A stretch of 37,789 bases of DNA. Source: Candidatus Woesearchaeota archaeon (lineage in GTDB: Archaea > Nanobdellota > Nanobdellia > Woesearchaeales > B72-G16). This document shows positions 1 to 10,401 of this stretch, one piece after another. Position 1 is the first letter of the stretch. Each line of letters opens with the position of its first letter. The notes below the pieces were generated by a model. The model had not been told where the DNA came from. It ran no database searches and saw nothing but the letters and a program-made list of their open reading frames with translations. The DNA is taken from NCBI GenBank assembly GCA_003650545.1, contig QMQO01000010.1:1-37789 (forward strand), read 5' to 3'. The position numbers were made by a program, and so were the translations under genes.

Positions 1-214
1 CGTCTATCGATTACAGATAATTCAACTAAAAACAGATTATAAAAATAGCCTTAAGTAGTTGAAAATAAGATAAAAGTAATCTTAGCATATACCAACTATA
101 CCAACTTTGTGGTCTAAAAAAAATCTTGGTGGTCTAAAGAAAGTTATCTATCAGAGAAACCAGAGATCTTATGATATTTTTTAAAATCGAGTAGATGCTA
201 CTAAAAATATTAAC

Positions 215-952
215 TTAATGTGCAAAAAATGAATATATCCTAAGGCCTAGTTTGGCAATAGCTATTTTTATTGATTTGAAAAACCCAACCCCCTTGTACG
301 TTATTTTGCCTGTTTCCATCGCTTCTGTAAAAGTCATCTCTCTTCGGATAATATTTTCGATTGTTTCCATGTCAGTATAAACATTTACTGTCGGATTTTC
401 CAGTTCTCCTTTTGTGACTGTGATCATCTTTCCGTCTTTTGTCACAAACGAGATGCTTGCCTTTTTAATTTTTTCAATATAAAGGTTTACTCTCTCGTTT
501 TTGAAAAATTTCGCAACAGCAGGAGCTTTCTCAACATTTGAGTTATACATTTCCATCAATTGCTCCAAACTCTCATTGCTAAAATAATCCACCAGATAAA
601 ACTGCACAATGCTTTTCTGTATGTCTTTTCCAGTGACCAAAATGTCCCTTACACCAATCTGCGTTCCATCAGCTAGGACATCTGTTTCCCCATCAGCCAA
701 TTCATCAGTCATCTCTCCGTTTATACTGAACATTACTAACCTATCATCAGAGATATTGATAACCTTTACCTCGTAATCTTTGCCACCAACAACATAGGCT
801 CCCATATCACCTTCACTAAGAATACCAACTATGGTTTCTACTCCTATATTCAGACCATTGTTGCCATTATTTTTCAGAAGTTGCGCGTTTACAATGTACA
901 CCAACAAAAAAACGAATAGTATAAAACAAGTAAGTTTCCTTAGTTTCCTCAT
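215..952 (-). CDS. Secreted/surface protein with S-layer-like middle region and probable C-terminal SCP2-like domain
   Basis: Basic plus hydrophobic signal peptide (MRKLRKLTCFILFVFLLVYIVNA); C-terminal 'PTVNVYTDMETIENII...EAMETGKITYKG' resembles SCP2 sterol-carrier folds. Confidence 0.5.
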   Translation of the reverse strand: MRKLRKLTCFILFVFLLVYIVNAQLLKNNGNNGLNIGVETIVGILSEGDMGAYVVGGKDYEVKVINISDDRLVMFSINGEMTDELADGETDVLADGTQIGVRDILVTGKDIQKSIVQFYLVDYFSNESLEQLMEMYNSNVEKAPAVAKFFKNERVNLYIEKIKKASISFVTKDGKMITVTKGELENPTVNVYTDMETIENIIRREMTFTEAMETGKITYKGVGFFKSIKIAIAKLGLRIYSFFAH

Positions 953-1117
953 TATAAAGCAGAATAATCTATTGTTTTATAAAACTTTTTATAAATACAT
1001 CAGATAAATATGTTAAGTCAACTTTGAGGTTGAGACTGTTCTGTTTTAGTCTTTTTTTTTCTTTAGGTGTTTCGCCTGAACCAAAATTTTATAAATCCAA
1101 AAATAAAGCTATTTATT

Positions 1118-2335
1118 ATGGGTAACCTAAAAGAGTATGAAAAAATAGTTGGAAAAGATGTGTTAGCTGAAATACAGACTAAAGTTAAAAAGCTTAGACA
1201 TAAGCATATAGTAAGCATCTCTTCAACATATCAAGGCGGAGGCGTAGCAGAGATTCTCAACAGTATTGTAATCTTATTTAATAGAGCTGGTCTTGATTTT
1301 GGTTGGAGAATCCTACATGGTTCTCACGATTTTTTTAAAATCACAAAAAAGTTTCATAATGCATTACAAGGTCAGAAAATACATCTGACTCAAAAAAAGA
1401 AAAACATCTATTATGAAACAAACAAACGTTTCTCAGAGTTCACTCACATAGGAACCTATCATGATTTGGTTGTTGTTCATGATCCTCAGCCATTACCAAT
1501 GATAGATTTCTATAAGAAAAAACAACCTTGGATCTTTCGTTGCCACATAGACCTATCTCAACCAAATCTTGAGGTGTGGAACTACCTTAAAAAATTCATA
1601 AAAAAATACGACCACTTCATAGTTACCAAAGAAAACTACAAGAAAAAATTAAGAATTCCTCAGCTAGTTATGCGGCCAGCAATCGATCCTCTCTCAATAA
1701 AGAACAGACAGGTGTCAGACAGGACCATCACGAAATATCTTAGCGGGCACGATATAAAGCAAGATAAACCAATCATCTCACAAATCTCAAGGTTCGACAG
1801 ATGGAAAGATCATACAGGAACAATACGCATTTTTGAGTCTGTCAGAAAAAAAGTAAACTGCCAGTTGGTGTTGCTTGGCTCTTTTGCCTCTGACGATCCA
1901 GAGGGTCAGAAAATATATGGTCAAATTAAAAAGAAAGTAGAAAAAAGTAATTACAAAAAAGACATAAAACTATTGCTATTGCATAGCGATATTTTGGTTA
2001 ATTGTTTACAGCGCGCTTCGGCTGTTGTTTTCCAGAAGTCTCTAAAAGAAGGTTTTGGATTAACAGTTTCAGAAGCCCTGTATAAAGGGACACCGGTAGT
2101 AGCATCTAATGTTGGCGGGATCCCTCTGCAAATTATTAACGGCATGAATGGTTTTATTCATGAGCCAAAAGACTTTAAGGGTTTTGTAGCTAGCACGATA
2201 AAACTCTTAAAAGATGAAAATCTAAGAACCCAGCTTGGCAAGAGAGGCAAAGAATATGTTAGGGATAATTTCTTGATTACAAGACTGATGTTAGACTGGC
2301 TTAATCTGTTCGGGGTTTACTTAGCAAAAAAATAA
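1118..2335 (+). CDS. treT: GT4 glycosyltransferase, trehalose synthase (TreT-like)
   Basis: Motifs ST..GGGVAE, HDPQP, RCHID, ISRFDRWK, EGFGLTVSEA. Start moved to ATG 1118, downstream of TATA box TTTATAAA at 1088-1095. Confidence 0.85.
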   Translation: MGNLKEYEKIVGKDVLAEIQTKVKKLRHKHIVSISSTYQGGGVAEILNSIVILFNRAGLDFGWRILHGSHDFFKITKKFHNALQGQKIHLTQKKKNIYYETNKRFSEFTHIGTYHDLVVVHDPQPLPMIDFYKKKQPWIFRCHIDLSQPNLEVWNYLKKFIKKYDHFIVTKENYKKKLRIPQLVMRPAIDPLSIKNRQVSDRTITKYLSGHDIKQDKPIISQISRFDRWKDHTGTIRIFESVRKKVNCQLVLLGSFASDDPEGQKIYGQIKKKVEKSNYKKDIKLLLLHSDILVNCLQRASAVVFQKSLKEGFGLTVSEALYKGTPVVASNVGGIPLQIINGMNGFIHEPKDFKGFVASTIKLLKDENLRTQLGKRGKEYVRDNFLITRLMLDWLNLFGVYLAKK

Positions 2336-2582
2336 TTATTTTTTGTACAAAAGATATGCCACTTAAAGGTATATCATATATCACTCTTATGATATATCAC
2401 ATTTAATCTAAATCATTTAAGCTAAATATTAAAGTGGCAGAGTAACTATTTACAACCAAAATATTTAAAAAAATCAAAATAAAGAATCATAAAATAAAAA
2501 AAATAGACAAAATAAAAAATAGCTTTTGAAATAAATTGAAATAAAACTTACATAAAACTTACAACTTCTTGCAGCTTTTTCA

Positions 2583-2924
2583 TCAGCCCCACTTTTTTTT
2601 CTTCATGTGTGTTTCTAACTCAGCCAAAATTGACTGATAGTTTTCATGACTGTCTTTTACGATTCTATTAAAAATAGATACACAAGCTGGATCTAGATTT
2701 TCGTGTATGCCAGCTTCTGCATATTTTCTTATTTTCACTAGAAATCTTGTGAGTTTCATGTGTAAATAATTCGTTTTCCTTGCTTTTGTAATCAAAGCAG
2801 CTTCTTCATCTGAAACTCTTGAAAACTTTTCTTTTGGGGCGCCGCATTTAGGACATTTATCTGGAGCATCATCTCCGTCATGTAGATATCCGCAAACACC
2901 ACATCTCCACAATGTCATATCCAT
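2583..2924 (-). CDS. Rubredoxin-like domain protein with C-terminal helical extension
   Basis: WRCGVCGY...CPKCGAPKEKF; GGAGG SD upstream. Confidence 0.85.
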   Translation of the reverse strand: MDMTLWRCGVCGYLHDGDDAPDKCPKCGAPKEKFSRVSDEEAALITKARKTNYLHMKLTRFLVKIRKYAEAGIHENLDPACVSIFNRIVKDSHENYQSILAELETHMKKKKWG

Positions 2925-2981
2925 CCCTCCTATTAAGTTCTAAACTTTCAAAATTCTCACACCTGCTATTACCGTAAGTTA

Positions 2982-3023
2982 TTATGTTTACAGTTATTTA
3001 TGTTTACAGGCTTATGTTTGCAA
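2982..3023. repeat. Three imperfect direct repeats TTATGTTT(A/G)CA(G/A)
   Basis: Copies at 2982-2993, 2998-3009 and 3012-3023. Confidence 0.75.
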
Positions 3024-3401
3024 GCAGGCAGGTTTGGTCTTTGTTTAATATTTTTATGTATATAAAAAACTTGTCTTTGTTTTTTTCTTTCTATGGCTAA
3101 GAAAATGGGAAAAAAGATTTTTATTCTTTCTTGCTAAGCCTGTTTTTTTAGTTAAATTAATTAAATATTTCCTAATTATAAATAAAAAGACTATTTTATT
3201 TTGTCTATGAGGTATAGATATCAGATGTAATTAGATGATCATGATAATTTTTTACATGATTTTTTACTACTTTTCAAAGAATCTATATAAACCACAATTG
3301 TACATGAACTATATAAACATATATTTTATATATTTCCATTTATATATAAAAAACAAAAACTATATATACTTTGATGAGAAATATATACCTTAGGTGGTAG
3401 A

Positions 3402-4304
3402 ATGACTAAGAGAAAACTAGTGGCATTGGGTGGATCAACCCTGATGGTCAGTTTGCCAAGTAGATTTGTCCAAAGCTATGGCCTTAAAAAAGGTGACGAA
3501 GTAACTGTTACTGAACAACAACACAGTATTGTAATCTCAACTGATAAAGACTATCAAGCAAACAACATCCAACTTGATGTATCTGGCATCAAAAACATCT
3601 TAGGAAGGATTGTTGGTGCATTGTACAAAGCAGGCTATGATGACATAGAACTCAGATTTAAGTCAACAGAAGAGCTAGCATTAATACAAAAAGAATTACA
3701 GCGTACTTGTCTCGGCTTTGAGGTAATGGAGCAAGGCAAAAACCACATAGTTATTAAAAATGTCTCTAAATTGGATGATGATGAATTCAAAAACATCTTA
3801 AGAAGAGCATTTCTTTTTTTGTTGGATTTTTCTAGAGACACTCTAGATGCACTTAAGACAGGAGATAAAGATTATCTGGAACGGGTTGCACTGCGTGACA
3901 TCCAGATCAATAAATATATGGATTTCTGCAGAAGAACCCTTAATAAACGGGGAGCTGCTATCATGAAGATGGTTGCACCAATGTACTACATTCTTGAGCA
4001 AATAGAACGTATTGGCGACATCTACAAATATATCTGTACTGAAAATGCAAAGAACCCAATCAAAATAGACTCGCATCTGCAAGATCTCTTTGAGGATGTG
4101 AATGAAATAGTCTACAACTTTTATCAGTTATTTTATAAGTTCAATTTAAAAAGCTTGGATGAACTAGCAACAAAAAAAACAGCATTGCAAAGCAAACTAA
4201 ATAGTCTGAAAAATAAAGACCACAATGAACTGGTTTTTAGACTGAATCAGATTGTTAACAACATCTATGATATGAATGGCGCATTGATGATGTTAAACTT
4301 ATAA
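3402..4304 (+). CDS. AbrB-PhoU family phosphate uptake regulator
   Basis: N-terminal AbrB motif RKLVALGGSTLMVSLP...GLKKGDEV; PhoU-like 'ERIGD' helix. Confidence 0.85.
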   Translation: MTKRKLVALGGSTLMVSLPSRFVQSYGLKKGDEVTVTEQQHSIVISTDKDYQANNIQLDVSGIKNILGRIVGALYKAGYDDIELRFKSTEELALIQKELQRTCLGFEVMEQGKNHIVIKNVSKLDDDEFKNILRRAFLFLLDFSRDTLDALKTGDKDYLERVALRDIQINKYMDFCRRTLNKRGAAIMKMVAPMYYILEQIERIGDIYKYICTENAKNPIKIDSHLQDLFEDVNEIVYNFYQLFYKFNLKSLDELATKKTALQSKLNSLKNKDHNELVFRLNQIVNNIYDMNGALMMLNL

Positions 4305-4392
4305 CAAATGCTCCTAGATACGATGAGGCAGTGCAACTTTTAATAGTATGATAGTCAAGTATAATCAGGCGAGATTAAACTAGCGTCTAAGA

Positions 4393-6420
4393 TTAAACTA
4401 GTAGTCTCTTAACATCCTCATTCTTTCCAGTTTTTATAATCTCTTCTAATTTAGATACACCATCTATTTCTGGAATCGCTCTAAGATTGGACCTTAATAC
4501 GCCGTAATTATGTAAAATCTCTTTATCCTTCTTTTGATTAATAAAACTTCCAAATAAACAAGCAGAGTTCAACAAAGAATAATAGAATAATTGAGCATTG
4601 TCTCTTTTTAATCTGTAAAAACTGAACCTATTGAATGTTTTATGATAGTGTTCAACTAGCTTGTCCTCTATTTTTAATTCAGCAACAACTGGGTGCAACA
4701 AGAAATGTGTCAATCCGTAATAAGGATGAGCAAAAACCTTTTTTTCATTATCAAACAAAACTCCTCCAACGAAGAAATTAGTTGCATAGGTATCGCCTGA
4801 ATCAAGACAATCGCCTTCTTTTAGTCTTGGTTTTAGATACTCTATTAAACTGGCTTCGAAGTCATCAACTAAACCAATGTCTGGTTGAATTATTTCCTTT
4901 ATTCTTGTGCTGAATCTTCTTGCTAATGTTGCTTGCCAATCTAGCTGATGAATCAGGATTTTCTCTTTTTTACCGTCTATTTTAATCATAATCGTACCAG
5001 TGCCTTTCTCTCTTCTTTTCCTTCTTATATCACGAGCCCCAAAAGAATGCATCATAGCTATGGTTTCAGTGGCTTCTTTTAATTGAAGTGTCTTCACATT
5101 GTCTGAAAAATCACTATACAATAATGCATCAAGCGTTAGATCTAATGTGTGTGGGGTTCTCATAGCATAAACCAAGCCGATTTTTTTTAGATTGACTAAA
5201 CCTAATGATTCTATAATTTTCTTAGGCTTTTTCGCGTATTTTTTAAAGGCGTTTCTTAAAAACACATTTGTTACGTATTCTTCTCTCAGCGATTTTGCAT
5301 CACTTTTTACGCCTTTGAAAACAAAAAGTCTTCTTGACGCAGGAATGATGGTAGTATAAATCGGTTTGTCTTGAACCTTCTGCATCAAGCTATCGATAAA
5401 TTCAACGTCATTTTCAAATAACGAAAGTAATTTGGAAATGCGATTTTTATCGTTGGTGTATTCCAGCAGAGGCAAAAGTGCAGCTATGTCTTCTACACAA
5501 GTAATATTTTTCTGAGATATTAGGTCTACAAAAAAATTAACTCCTATTTTCTGTATTAATGTTTCTATTAGAAATTTTGTATTTTCATTTGTTGGATTTG
5601 CGAATCTTGCTTTAGTTAGTGAGATCAATGCAGATAAATAATTTCCTCTTTGTAACTCAAATTGTCCTTCAACATAATGAACAAGATGATAATCAGGTCT
5701 AACACTTATGGCTCTATTCATGTATTTTAATGCATTATCTTCATCGCCTATGGCCAGGTAGAGCAATGCAAGATTCAATAAGGCGTCTAGATAATTCCCG
5801 TTTATTTGCAGAGTCATTTTATAGTATTTTTCTGCATTCTTTATGTCTCTTTTTAACATATAACAGGCTCCAATATTTGTTAATGCTGCTAGATTTTTTG
5901 GGTCAACCTCTAATACTTTTTTAGCATATTTTATTCCTTCATCCACGTTGTCTTTTTGAAGATAAAAAAGAGTGTATCCTGATAACATATCTCTACATTT
6001 TGGATTGATTTCGTAGGATATTTTCAGTAGCTTTTCTGCGCTGTCAAAATCACCTAAACGAACACATGCTATTGCAGTTACACCTAATAATCTATCTGTC
6101 GTTATTTTGAGCTTCTCAGCTTTATTATACAACCATAATACTTTCTTATAATCATTGAGATGCATATAACAATGCCCAAGAAAATGGAAAAAGACTTCTT
6201 TTTCTGTACCTAGTTCTATTGCTTTCTCTAACAAGGTGATGCCTTCGTATTCTTTTTTTGGATCTTCATTTGATTCCCCGAGTAGGATTAAAGCAGACAT
6301 GCCGATAGCATCTGCATCATTAGGATTCTGATCTAAAACTCTGTTAATAATCTTTCTTGCAGAAAGAAAATCGTTATTTCTGTAATACTCAAAAATCTTT
6401 TTATAGTCATCTTCCATCAT
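4393..6420 (-). CDS. TPR-repeat protein with C-terminal kinase/phosphotransferase-like domain
   Basis: About 8 TPR-like repeats in the first ~290 aa; C-terminal FVFK, SGDTYATNF and LFDNE resemble APH/choline-kinase-like motifs. Confidence 0.6.
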   Translation of the reverse strand: MMEDDYKKIFEYYRNNDFLSARKIINRVLDQNPNDADAIGMSALILLGESNEDPKKEYEGITLLEKAIELGTEKEVFFHFLGHCYMHLNDYKKVLWLYNKAEKLKITTDRLLGVTAIACVRLGDFDSAEKLLKISYEINPKCRDMLSGYTLFYLQKDNVDEGIKYAKKVLEVDPKNLAALTNIGACYMLKRDIKNAEKYYKMTLQINGNYLDALLNLALLYLAIGDEDNALKYMNRAISVRPDYHLVHYVEGQFELQRGNYLSALISLTKARFANPTNENTKFLIETLIQKIGVNFFVDLISQKNITCVEDIAALLPLLEYTNDKNRISKLLSLFENDVEFIDSLMQKVQDKPIYTTIIPASRRLFVFKGVKSDAKSLREEYVTNVFLRNAFKKYAKKPKKIIESLGLVNLKKIGLVYAMRTPHTLDLTLDALLYSDFSDNVKTLQLKEATETIAMMHSFGARDIRRKRREKGTGTIMIKIDGKKEKILIHQLDWQATLARRFSTRIKEIIQPDIGLVDDFEASLIEYLKPRLKEGDCLDSGDTYATNFFVGGVLFDNEKKVFAHPYYGLTHFLLHPVVAELKIEDKLVEHYHKTFNRFSFYRLKRDNAQLFYYSLLNSACLFGSFINQKKDKEILHNYGVLRSNLRAIPEIDGVSKLEEIIKTGKNEDVKRLLV

Positions 6421-6532
6421 GATGATATATAAATATAATTCTAATTTTAAAAAGATTTGTTGTCAAAAGTCAGTTACAAAAAATAAGAACAAACTAAAAT
6501 CCTTGAGAATGATCTTTTTTATCATACCAAGG

Positions 6533-7894
6533 TTACATCCCAAAACCTTTTGGAACTTTTCCTTTCATCTTTTTTATCATTTTTTCCATATCGCGAGGGC
6601 TTCCACTTCCTTTAAACATCTTCACCATCTTTTTGCTCTGCTTATACTGTTTCAATAATTCGCGAACATCAGAAATCTCAACACCAGAACCACGTGCAAT
6701 CCTTTCTGCACGGGAGCCTGTAATTATCTCTGGATCCTCAAGCTCTTCCTTGGTCATTCCGTTCATTGCAAACCTCCATTTTTTTAACTTCTCTTCTTGC
6801 ACCTGAATTATATCCTTTGGTAACTTCAACTGCCCCAACCCAGGTATCATTTCCATTATTTTTCCAAGCGGGCCCATCTTACTCATTGCTTCCATCTGCT
6901 GATACAAATCTAGAAGATTGAATTCTCCTTTCAAGAACTTTTTTCCAAGATCCTGGGCTTCTTCTTCTGTTATAGCATCTTTTGCTTTCTCAAGCAACGC
7001 CTCGATGTCGCCCATTCCTAACAGTCTGCCTACAAAGTTTGGTGGGTTAAATTTTTCTAAGTCGTCTATTTTTTCACCTACACCAATGAACATAACAGGT
7101 GCTTTTGTAACAGAACATGCGATTAACGCGCCACCACCCTTAGCAGTTCCGTCTAATTTTGTGATTATCACGCCTGTTACATCGGTTGTTTCATGAAAAG
7201 CGCGAGCTTGCTTCTCAGCAGCTTGGCCAACATCTGCTGAAATAACAAGTATCCTTTCATCAGCTTTTACAGTTTTGTTGATCTCATTTAACTCTTCAAT
7301 CAGATCATCCGATAAAGCATCTCTTCCAGCAGTATCAATTATAACAATATCAAATTTCTTTAGCTCATCTTCAAACTCATTGTATATGCTTACGGGATCT
7401 TTCTTATTTGGATTACCGAATACAGGCACATTTATCTGCTTGCCTAGCTGCTGCAACTGTGTGAACGCAGCAGGTCTCCAAGTATCAGTTGACATCAATG
7501 CAATCTTATAGCCACGTTTCTGAAAAAACTTACCTAGCTTGGCTGCCGTAGTTGTTTTTCCGTTACCAAATAGACCAACAAGCAAAATCTTTGTTGGCCT
7601 TTTTTTAATCTCAATTTTTTTGGGTTCTTTTCCTAAGAAATTAGTTAACTCCTCATATACAATATTGATCAAGTGTTCCTTTTTTGTTAAGCCGGCAGGT
7701 TCTTTTTCTTTTAAAGCTCGCTCTTTAATTTTCTTTGTGAGATCAAACACGAGCTGCACGTTAACATCAGATTGCAATAGAGCACGTTGAATATCTTTTA
7801 CTAGCTCACTTATTAGTCTTTCATCTACAAAGACAGATTTTGCAATCTTACTTAGCGTATCCTTCAAGCTTGAACTTAGTGTTTCTAGTACCAT
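6533..7894 (-). CDS. srp54: Signal recognition particle protein SRP54
   Basis: ALLQSDV, GLFGNGKTTT, DTAGR, TKLDGTAKGGGAL and Met-rich M domain (RIARGSG). Confidence 0.97.
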   Translation of the reverse strand: MVLETLSSSLKDTLSKIAKSVFVDERLISELVKDIQRALLQSDVNVQLVFDLTKKIKERALKEKEPAGLTKKEHLINIVYEELTNFLGKEPKKIEIKKRPTKILLVGLFGNGKTTTAAKLGKFFQKRGYKIALMSTDTWRPAAFTQLQQLGKQINVPVFGNPNKKDPVSIYNEFEDELKKFDIVIIDTAGRDALSDDLIEELNEINKTVKADERILVISADVGQAAEKQARAFHETTDVTGVIITKLDGTAKGGGALIACSVTKAPVMFIGVGEKIDDLEKFNPPNFVGRLLGMGDIEALLEKAKDAITEEEAQDLGKKFLKGEFNLLDLYQQMEAMSKMGPLGKIMEMIPGLGQLKLPKDIIQVQEEKLKKWRFAMNGMTKEELEDPEIITGSRAERIARGSGVEISDVRELLKQYKQSKKMVKMFKGSGSPRDMEKMIKKMKGKVPKGFGM

Positions 7895-7983
7895 TTCCCT
7901 ATCTATATGCTTTATATACCAAAGAATAGATTTTGCTTTATAAATGTTTAGGAATAGAATTGTTTGACAGATCTATATCCTAG

Positions 7984-9303
7984 CTATATCCTAGAAATTA
8001 TGCTTTCAATCTTTTTTCTAACCTCTTCTAACCTTTCCTTACTATTTGCTTCTATGTTCACCCTTAACATTGGTTCTGTATGGCTCTCCCTTACACTAAA
8101 CCAGAAATCTGGGTAATCAACCCTTAAACCATCAATAGTTGTTCTCTTACCATTTGGGAAAGCAGCTCTTATCTCTGTTATAGCTGATTTCCTGTCACCA
8201 ACTTTGAAATTAAGTTCTCCAGAATTAAAATATTTATCATAAATCTTTACAATGTCTGAAAACCTTTTCTTTGTGTTTGATAATATGTCGAAGATAATCA
8301 TCATGGTTATTAAACCAGAATCTGCATAATAATTATCTTGATAATAATAATGTCCGCTAAGCTCGCCACCAAACAATATACCAAGCTTTCTCATTGTCTT
8401 CTTGATGAATGAATGGCCTACACGAGATATAATGGGGATCCCATCGTGTGTTTTGATTACCTCAGACACAATTTTGCTGCTTCTGATGTCGAATAAAATT
8501 TTTCCACCCAAGTTTTCTTTTAGAAATTTCTCAGCAATAATGGCAGTTATCACATACGGTGGTACTTTGTTGCTTTTCTCGTCAATGAATATCACTCTGT
8601 CGCCATCATTATCAAAAGCAACACCTAGGTCTGCCTTTCTTTTCTTAACCTCTCTTTTCAAAGACACGAGATTTTCTTCTTTAGATGGATCTGGACCATG
8701 GTTAGGAAAGCGTCCATTCGGACTGAAGAATAACTTTGTTGCTTTAATATTCTTCAACATAGAAAACAGATGAGTTAATATCTTTCCAGTTGAACCATTG
8801 CCAGCATCAACAACAACCTTTAATCTCCTACTGACTTTCCCAAACTTAAGAACGTGGTTTAGATATTCATTTGTCAGATCTATCTTTGCATAGTGTCCAA
8901 GGCATTTTAACCTATATTTGCGATCCATTAATTTCTCTATTTTCTTTAGTTCTTTTCCACCGATAGGAATCGCCTCTTTTCTACAAAACTTCATGCCATT
9001 GTAGTCTTTTGGGTCGTGACTAGCAGTAACCATGATTCCTGCTTTAAAACCAAGATGGTTAATAGCGTAATAGAAGTATGGTGTACTACATAAACCAAGA
9101 TCGATAACACTGGCACCACTATGTCTTAAACCATTGGTTATAGCTTCTGAAAGTGATAACGAACTCGATCTGGCGTCCCTTCCAATCACAACAAGCTTTG
9201 CTTTTGTATAAGCAATAAAGGCCTGTGCAATCTTATAGGCAATGCGTTCATTGATTTCACGCGGGTAGATTCCGCGTACATCATAAGCATGGAAGATGCT
9301 CAT
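7984..9303 (-). CDS. Phosphomannomutase/phosphoglucomutase
   Basis: FHAYDVRG, TASHDP (phosphoserine loop), DNDGDR, GELSGH, RESHTEP. Confidence 0.93.
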   Translation of the reverse strand: MSIFHAYDVRGIYPREINERIAYKIAQAFIAYTKAKLVVIGRDARSSSLSLSEAITNGLRHSGASVIDLGLCSTPYFYYAINHLGFKAGIMVTASHDPKDYNGMKFCRKEAIPIGGKELKKIEKLMDRKYRLKCLGHYAKIDLTNEYLNHVLKFGKVSRRLKVVVDAGNGSTGKILTHLFSMLKNIKATKLFFSPNGRFPNHGPDPSKEENLVSLKREVKKRKADLGVAFDNDGDRVIFIDEKSNKVPPYVITAIIAEKFLKENLGGKILFDIRSSKIVSEVIKTHDGIPIISRVGHSFIKKTMRKLGILFGGELSGHYYYQDNYYADSGLITMMIIFDILSNTKKRFSDIVKIYDKYFNSGELNFKVGDRKSAITEIRAAFPNGKRTTIDGLRVDYPDFWFSVRESHTEPMLRVNIEANSKERLEEVRKKIESIISRI

Positions 9304-9306
9304 TTT

Positions 9307-9588
9307 TCACCTCTTATATACTTTATCATGATGTACCAGTCTATCAAATAAAATAAACCTTTTATCTTTAAATACCTTAAAAATTAAAACAAAGCTTCTA
9401 TCGATATGAACGCGTTTATATTCTTTCAAACCGTATCTCAAGTTTTTATATTTCTCTATAGAACTAATATCACAAGAGATTATTTCTCTAATTTTTCTAT
9501 TTAAGATTAAAACCCTGGCCTTATCTTTTTTAGATAGTTTTCTGATAGCAATTTTCAGTTCGTCAGATATATTGAAGTCAAAAGTCAT
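9307..9588 (-). CDS. RelE/StbE-family toxin
   Basis: Small basic protein with YKNLRYGLKEYKRVHI..FVLIF...HHDKVY; start 9588 overlaps the upstream stop (ATGA). Confidence 0.85.
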   Translation of the reverse strand: MTFDFNISDELKIAIRKLSKKDKARVLILNRKIREIISCDISSIEKYKNLRYGLKEYKRVHIDRSFVLIFKVFKDKRFILFDRLVHHDKVYKR

Positions 9589-9842
9589 TCTATTCCACAC
9601 AGCTTATCAAGTTCTTTTGAGTTCATTTTTCTAAAGCCATGTTTCTTGATATGCCTGTTACACGATTCTATTACTTCATTGACTATTTTTTCATCCACTT
9701 CTTTTTCAACAAATTCCTCACCAAAGAGATCGGCGAATTTATCCAGAGCTTCTGCTTTATCCTTTAGCCCGAATTTTTCTTTGATTACGCCTAAAACTCG
9801 ATTTGTGTAATCTTCAACTTTTATGTTTAATGAAGTGCTCAT
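9585..9842 (-). CDS. Cognate antitoxin (DUF2683-like, RHH-type N-terminus)
   Basis: YTNRVLGVIKEKFGLKDKAEA pattern; directly upstream of and overlapping the toxin. Confidence 0.75.
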   Translation of the reverse strand: MSTSLNIKVEDYTNRVLGVIKEKFGLKDKAEALDKFADLFGEEFVEKEVDEKIVNEVIESCNRHIKKHGFRKMNSKELDKLCGIE

Positions 9843-10139
9843 ATAACATCACCTTAGTCATATATTATTTTTTAAATTAGTTTATTTTTTTATATTGTTA
9901 ATATTAGTTTTAGTTATTTTTCATATTAAGTAATATTAATTATTTTTTATATTTTTTAGTATTAGTTAATCTTAGTTTATATAATTTTATATAACATATT
10001 ATAAGTTAATCATATTTAAAGTTTTTTATTTTTTAGGCTATTGCCTCAAAAATTTTAGAAGAAATCCTTAGAATTTTTGATATGTATTCTATGTCCTTTT
10101 TATTTTTGTTTTCGTATGATGATTTGGAAAAAGCATAAA

Positions 10140-10294
10140 TCCCCGCCGCCGGAGTTTCCTGCTACGAATCTTAACCCGCAACATCTCGAACCAGCAACCT
10201 TTCGGTAACGGCTGGTTGCCTCTCATCACAGCTAAAATAGCCATTTCAAAACAACGTCTACAGCCGAATGCTCTACCAATTGAGCTAGGCGGGG
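10140..10294 (-). tRNA. tRNA-Tyr(GTA) with two introns (37/38 and 59/60)
   Basis: Minus strand: acceptor CCCCGCC/GGCGGGG+A73 (C1-G72, archaeal Tyr), D stem GCTC/GAGC, anticodon stem TTCGG/CCGAA with CT-GTA-G, T stem GCTGG/CCGGC. Inserts at 10207-10257 (51 nt) and 10154-10184 (31 nt). Confidence 0.92.
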
Positions 10295-10401
10295 ATGTTC
10301 ATACAGTGTCATATAGTAGTAGATAACCCTTTATAAATCTTTAGTTTTGATTGGGTTTTGATATATAAAAATTTATAAATCTTTAAGATAAAATTGATAT
10401 T

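Noticed and set aside
2982..3023. CRISPR mini-array
   Set aside because: Repeats of 12 nt with 2-4 nt spacers and no cas genes. The same applies to 29235-29280.
6918..8773. Antisense ORFs within srp54 and PMM, and similar shadow ORFs throughout the track
   Set aside because: Fully overlap well-supported genes and have no motifs or initiation signals.
9843..10139. Very AT-rich stretch as replication origin
   Set aside because: No ORB-like repeats or cdc6/orc1 nearby.
10207..10257. Nested intron within the tRNA-Tyr intron
   Set aside because: An inner hairpin exists but no convincing second 4-bp BHB helix.
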